A stretch of DNA of 64,000 nucleotides from Planctomycetales bacterium (GTDB lineage: Bacteria; Planctomycetota; Planctomycetia; Pirellulales; Lacipirellulaceae): contig JAGQOW010000012.1 in the NCBI GenBank assembly GCA_020427155.1, positions 149-64,148 on the forward strand. The letters are read 5' to 3'. Under the pieces are notes generated by a model that was given only the letters and a program-made list of their open reading frames with translations, made no database searches and was not told where the DNA came from. Shown here piece by piece: positions 59,896-64,000 of the stretch; within the stretch, counting starts at the first letter, position 1, and each line of letters starts with the position of its first letter. Made by a program: the position numbers and the translations under genes.

Positions 59896-60675
59896 TTGAA
59901 TAGTCCACTTCTGGTTTTCACAGATCTAGACGGCTGTCTGCTGAACAAAGGCGACTACAAATACGATGCTGCGCTGCCGACGATAGACAGGCTACGTACG
60001 CTGGAGATTCCCCTCGTTTTGTGCTCGAGCAAAACGCAAGCAGAAATGCGGCCATTGGCCTCTGAGCTGAATCTGCCCTGGCCTCTCGTCTGCGAAAATG
60101 GGGGCCTAATTGTCTGGGACGATCAGCAGCCGGTGACTGTGCTTGGAAGGCCGCGCAGTTCGATCCTCGAAGTGCTGCAAACAGCCCGGCAAGCCTACCG
60201 CTTCCGCAGCTTTACCGACCTTGGCGAGGCAGGATTGAGGCAAGTGGCAAATCTACCGCATGAAAAAGCGGCCCCCGCGCTGAGCCGAGAATGCACGGAG
60301 CCGATCTTGTGGGAGGATGCCGAGGCAAAGCTGGTTGATTTTCGCCGGTTCCTTGACGAGGCTGGCCTGAGCCTGACCCAAGGCGGCAGGTTTTGGCACG
60401 TCGCAGGCAATGTGAACAAAGGCGACGGCATGGCAAGGGTCGTTGAGCGGTTTTCGCAACATGCGAAGTATGGCAATTCTTGCTTGACCGTGGCGATTGG
60501 CGACAGCCCGATCGACTTGCCGATGCTCAAGCTCGCCGACATACCAGTGATCGTACCGCAACCGGATGGCGCCACAATGATCTCAGTCGACGATCCCCAA
60601 TGCCTGCAAGCCGATCTTCCTGGGGCTGCAGGCTGGGCGCAAACGGTCAATCGTATCCTGGACAATTATTCTTAG
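59896..60675 (+). CDS. gpgP: HAD-IIB glucosyl/mannosyl-3-phosphoglycerate phosphatase (GpgP/MpgP-like)
   Basis: FTDLDG.LL, CSSKT, CENG, GGRFWH, KG, GDS..D..ML; neighbour of a GpgS-like gene. Confidence 0.85.
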   Translation: MNSPLLVFTDLDGCLLNKGDYKYDAALPTIDRLRTLEIPLVLCSSKTQAEMRPLASELNLPWPLVCENGGLIVWDDQQPVTVLGRPRSSILEVLQTARQAYRFRSFTDLGEAGLRQVANLPHEKAAPALSRECTEPILWEDAEAKLVDFRRFLDEAGLSLTQGGRFWHVAGNVNKGDGMARVVERFSQHAKYGNSCLTVAIGDSPIDLPMLKLADIPVIVPQPDGATMISVDDPQCLQADLPGAAGWAQTVNRILDNYS

Positions 60676-60893
60676 TTCGTTCTCGTAGGCAAAGTTGATG
60701 CGCGGGCTGGTACTTGTACTCCAGTCCGTAGTGTTCTAGGTTGAAGGAAGTGGAGTTATGACGTTTTGAAATCACGCAGCAGATGGCGTCGCTCGCGAAG
60801 CAGCGACCTTTTTTCACCCTAAGCGAGGTTTTCGCGGAGAGTCCTTCCTGAAGACCGGTTCTCTCTGATTATCTTGCCTTGTGACTGGCTGTT

Positions 60894-62105
60894 ATGGCAG
60901 ATTTTGTACAAAGCGGCGAGATCGGCACACTTCACAATCTCAGAAACCGCAGCGTCGAAGAACTTGAGGCCGACCTGGCAAGTTGGTCGAAAGTGACGCC
61001 CATGTCGCTGGTGCTTCCCTGTCTGTATTCTGAACTCGAAGGCCCGGCGCTGGGACCCATTATCGACAAGCTCTGCCATGCCACTTATCTCGAAGAGATC
61101 ATCATCGGCCTGGATCGAGCGAACCGAGAACAATTTGACATAGCCCGTAAATTCTTCGACCGACTTCCGCAAAAGAAGGTCATTCTCTGGAACGACGGGC
61201 CCCGACTGCTAAGCGTAGACGCCTCGTTGGCAGCAGAAGCGCTGGCCCCGACTGAATTGGGAAAAGGGCGCAATGTCTGGTACTGCTTTGGATACTTTCT
61301 TGCTGCTGGATACTCCAAAGCGGTCGCTTTGCACGATTGCGACATCGTGATGTACCGGCGGGAAATGCTCGCCCGGCTTCTTTATCCCATCGTCCACCCT
61401 CTATTCGATTACGTGTTTTGCAAAGGCTATTACTACCGTTCTGCCGATGGTCGACTGAACGGCAGAGTCGTACGGTTGTTGGTCGCCCCCTTGCTGAGGG
61501 CGATGAAGCAGACGTTAGGGGCAGACGATTATCTCGACTTCATGAGCAGCTTTCGCTATCCCCTGGCGGGTGAATTCTCGATGCGAGCAGAAGTAGTTCC
61601 CTCGTTGCGAATTCCTTCGGATTGGGGGCTGGAAATTGGTACGCTCTCCGAAATGTACCGCAACTACTCGCACCACCGCATTTGCCAGGTCGACATCGCC
61701 GACGCCTACGACCACAAGCATCAAGAGGTTTCTGAAGACGATGCCACCCGCGGCTTGAATCGCATGAGCGTCGATATCTGCAAAACGCTCTTCCGCAAGC
61801 TGGCGGTTCAAGGTGTCGTCTTTTCTCCAGAAGTTCTGCGGACTCTCAAGGCATGCTACTATCGGACGGCCCTGGATATGGTCGATCATTACTACAACGA
61901 TGCCGTGATGAGCGGACTCACCTTGGACCGGCATCGTGAAGAGAAAACAATCGAGTTATTTGCCCAATCGATCTTGAACGCCGGTGATGTCTATTTTTCG
62001 AACCCACACGCGACTCCCTTTGTGCCGAGCTGGTCGCGGGTTCACAGCGCACACCCAGGAATCGAGGAGATGATCTGCGACGCGGTCTACGCCGACAATG
62101 CCTGA
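60894..62105 (+). CDS. gpgS: glucosyl-3-phosphoglycerate synthase-like glycosyltransferase
   Basis: MADF.Q.G.I.TLH, GKGRNVW, LHDCD (DxD), KGYY.R, GRV.RL, YPLAGEF, WGLEIG, YDHKH. Confidence 0.85.
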   Translation: MADFVQSGEIGTLHNLRNRSVEELEADLASWSKVTPMSLVLPCLYSELEGPALGPIIDKLCHATYLEEIIIGLDRANREQFDIARKFFDRLPQKKVILWNDGPRLLSVDASLAAEALAPTELGKGRNVWYCFGYFLAAGYSKAVALHDCDIVMYRREMLARLLYPIVHPLFDYVFCKGYYYRSADGRLNGRVVRLLVAPLLRAMKQTLGADDYLDFMSSFRYPLAGEFSMRAEVVPSLRIPSDWGLEIGTLSEMYRNYSHHRICQVDIADAYDHKHQEVSEDDATRGLNRMSVDICKTLFRKLAVQGVVFSPEVLRTLKACYYRTALDMVDHYYNDAVMSGLTLDRHREEKTIELFAQSILNAGDVYFSNPHATPFVPSWSRVHSAHPGIEEMICDAVYADNA

Positions 62106-62119
62106 AACGAGTTCTTGGG

Positions 62120-63886
62120 TTACGGCAACTCGTGTTGGTTCGAAATCCACAAAGTCTGGTAGGGCTTGAGCGTAATCGTTGCGTGCAGATCTTTGAGCGG
62201 CCGGCCCTTCAGCAGGTCGTGCCAGGCATAGGTGCTGAACAGATTGAGGTCGGTCAGTTTGAGCTTTCGCTTGCGATCTGAAAGATTGGAAACACAGAAA
62301 ATGCTTTGTTGCCGATCCATACTCTGCCTCCAGATGCCGAAGAAGTGAGGCCTCAATTGAAGCGTAAACTGCGTGGCATTGGGATGAAACGCTGGCTGTG
62401 CCTGTCGTACCTGGATTATCCGCAGAAGCTCGAAGAGCACTCTCGCAGTATTCGATTCCGGCTGCTGCAACGCTTGCTGAAGCCGGTCGTAGTCCCAGGG
62501 ATAGCGGTTGATGGTGCGATTTTGACCAGTCGCCCGCACCCCTGCTAGATTGCCAGGCGTAGCAAGCAAGCTATGGATATAGAAAGCGGGAATGCCTTCG
62601 AGTGACATCATGATGGTCTGCGAACAGAGCATTCGTTCGACCTGCCACTGATCGGGCCCCTCGATCGTTCCCTGGAAGGCGTCGAACAAAGAGGTGTTGA
62701 TCTCGTAGATCTTCTCGGTTCCGTCTGGCAAACGACGCAGGGAAACCAATCCGCCGAACGATCGAATGGTATCAACCAATTGCTGCTGCTCTTCTTCGGA
62801 GAGCAGTCCTTCAGCAGGCCGCATGCCGATGCCGTCATGCGAAGCAATGAAATTCAGATAGGTGCAGCCGATCGGAGCAGGGGGCATGCTCATCATCCAC
62901 ATCTTTAGATACTTGGCAGTACCGCTCAGCAAGGCATGTACCAACAGCGGGGCCAACGAAAAGTTGTAGATGAGATGGGCTTCGTTGCGATTGCCGAAAT
63001 AGGTCAAGTTCTCTCGATTAGGAACATTGGTTTCAGTAATCAGCAAGGTTCCCGGGGCAAAATAATCGAGCACAGTTCGTATCAGTCGCACCACTTCGTG
63101 AGTTTCAGGAAGATGCAAGCAAGTCGTTCCAGGTTGCTTCCAGAGATAGGCAATCGCATCCAATCGAAAGACGGTAACTCCATGCGTAAGATACTCCCGA
63201 ATGATCCTCAGGAATTTTAGAAGCACTCTAGGATTTGAAAAATTCAGGTCGATTTGATCGTGACCGAAAGTGCACCAAACATGCTTCTCTCCGTTGGACG
63301 TATCTACACTTCTCAACAATGGAGATGAGCGAGGTCGAACCACTTCGCTCAGATCGACCTCAGGAGAACTCTCAATAAAGAAGTCGCTTCCTTCGCCACT
63401 ACCTCGCAGGTAATTGGCGAACCACTGGCTCTCTGCCGAAACGTGATTGAGTACCAAATCTGCCATCAAACGATACTTGGAAGACAACGCTTCGAGATCT
63501 GCCCAATCGCCCAGTTTTGGATTCACCTGCAGATAGTCGATTACCGAAAAGCCGTCGTCGGAGCTGAAAGGGCAAAAAGGCAGCACATGAATCGCTGAGA
63601 GCGCACCCTTGGTGTAGGTATCCAAGAAGTGCTCTAGGGTCCTTAACGGCACCCTGTCAGGCGACTTGAGTGAATCGCCATAGGTAATCAAAAGCGTGTC
63701 GGAGGCGTCCCAGAGTCGATTAGGATGATCCTGTGGAGTGACCTGAAAGCCTGCGAATACGCCTAGAATCTTGGCAATCAGGGCAGGGCAGTCCTGCTCG
63801 GGATAGATGCAACTGACATGGTGTTCGAGCTGATCGTGCAAACGTGGCAGCGAAGGAGAATGACTCATAGAATGAAGAACAGGCAA
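62120..63886 (-). CDS. GH13_18 glycoside phosphorylase, probable glucosylglycerate phosphorylase (YcjM-like)
   Basis: LITYGD, SSDDGF, RLDA (nucleophile), ITETN (acid/base plus Asn), SHDGIG, YEIN; start may be 63868. Confidence 0.88.
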   Translation of the reverse strand: MPVLHSMSHSPSLPRLHDQLEHHVSCIYPEQDCPALIAKILGVFAGFQVTPQDHPNRLWDASDTLLITYGDSLKSPDRVPLRTLEHFLDTYTKGALSAIHVLPFCPFSSDDGFSVIDYLQVNPKLGDWADLEALSSKYRLMADLVLNHVSAESQWFANYLRGSGEGSDFFIESSPEVDLSEVVRPRSSPLLRSVDTSNGEKHVWCTFGHDQIDLNFSNPRVLLKFLRIIREYLTHGVTVFRLDAIAYLWKQPGTTCLHLPETHEVVRLIRTVLDYFAPGTLLITETNVPNRENLTYFGNRNEAHLIYNFSLAPLLVHALLSGTAKYLKMWMMSMPPAPIGCTYLNFIASHDGIGMRPAEGLLSEEEQQQLVDTIRSFGGLVSLRRLPDGTEKIYEINTSLFDAFQGTIEGPDQWQVERMLCSQTIMMSLEGIPAFYIHSLLATPGNLAGVRATGQNRTINRYPWDYDRLQQALQQPESNTARVLFELLRIIQVRQAQPAFHPNATQFTLQLRPHFFGIWRQSMDRQQSIFCVSNLSDRKRKLKLTDLNLFSTYAWHDLLKGRPLKDLHATITLKPYQTLWISNQHELP

Positions 63887-64000
63887 TCTGGAGCAATGAT
63901 CAGCAAGACCGTAAAGCGATTATTTATGTCTAGACCTTCTAATGCAATGGCACGCTTGAGGCACCACTTGCACAACTGCGCATCATCGCAGCATGCTATT

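Noticed and set aside
62120-63886. Call as sucrose phosphorylase or alpha-amylase
   Set aside because: The TETN and YEIN signatures and the gpgS/gpgP neighbours favour glucosylglycerate phosphorylase.
63948-63963. Possible sigma-54 motif TGGCACGCTTGAGGCA
   Set aside because: Spacing is correct but the -12 box is poor and the target gene lies outside the window.

Overview
Bacterial chromosomal segment of about 58-60% GC with a C-rich + strand. It is almost certainly from a planctomycete (Pirellulales-like), judged from a DUF1559 prepilin protein, a PVC-type heme CxxCH protein, a BBP7-like beta-barrel, a SpoVG with a Cys insert, paired clpP genes and PEP-CTERM proteins. The backbone is housekeeping: tRNA-Gly(GCC), tig, two clpP, gap, panB, tmk, ispE, spoVG, csrA, yjbQ, ribD, tal, folC, a CtpA-like protease and an MMPL transporter. 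I see no CRISPR array, transposase, integrase or prophage. Five things stand out. (1) A divergent 8-gene catabolic locus at 43.0-53.7 kb: several exported C-N hydrolase-fold enzymes with altered catalytic motifs, a heme c/beta-propeller oxidoreductase and an NRAMP-fold transporter lacking the metal motif face a cytoplasmic epimerase plus aldolase pair across a repeated TTGTGA operator. (2) Several CsrA-type GGA RNA elements: a GGAG cluster right behind csrA, and a candidate sigma-54 promoter driving an orphan 98-aa ORF with a GGA hairpin leader. (3) A roughly 120-nt RBS-sequestering RNA structure before a TolC-WYL pair. (4) A PEP-CTERM subtilase with an apparent Glu-His-Ser triad, an Asp oxyanion residue and inserted Ca-binding-like loops. 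(5) A compositionally distinct glucosylglycerate synthesis and phosphorolysis locus at the right end. All calls are by-eye motif recognition; no database search or folding program was run.
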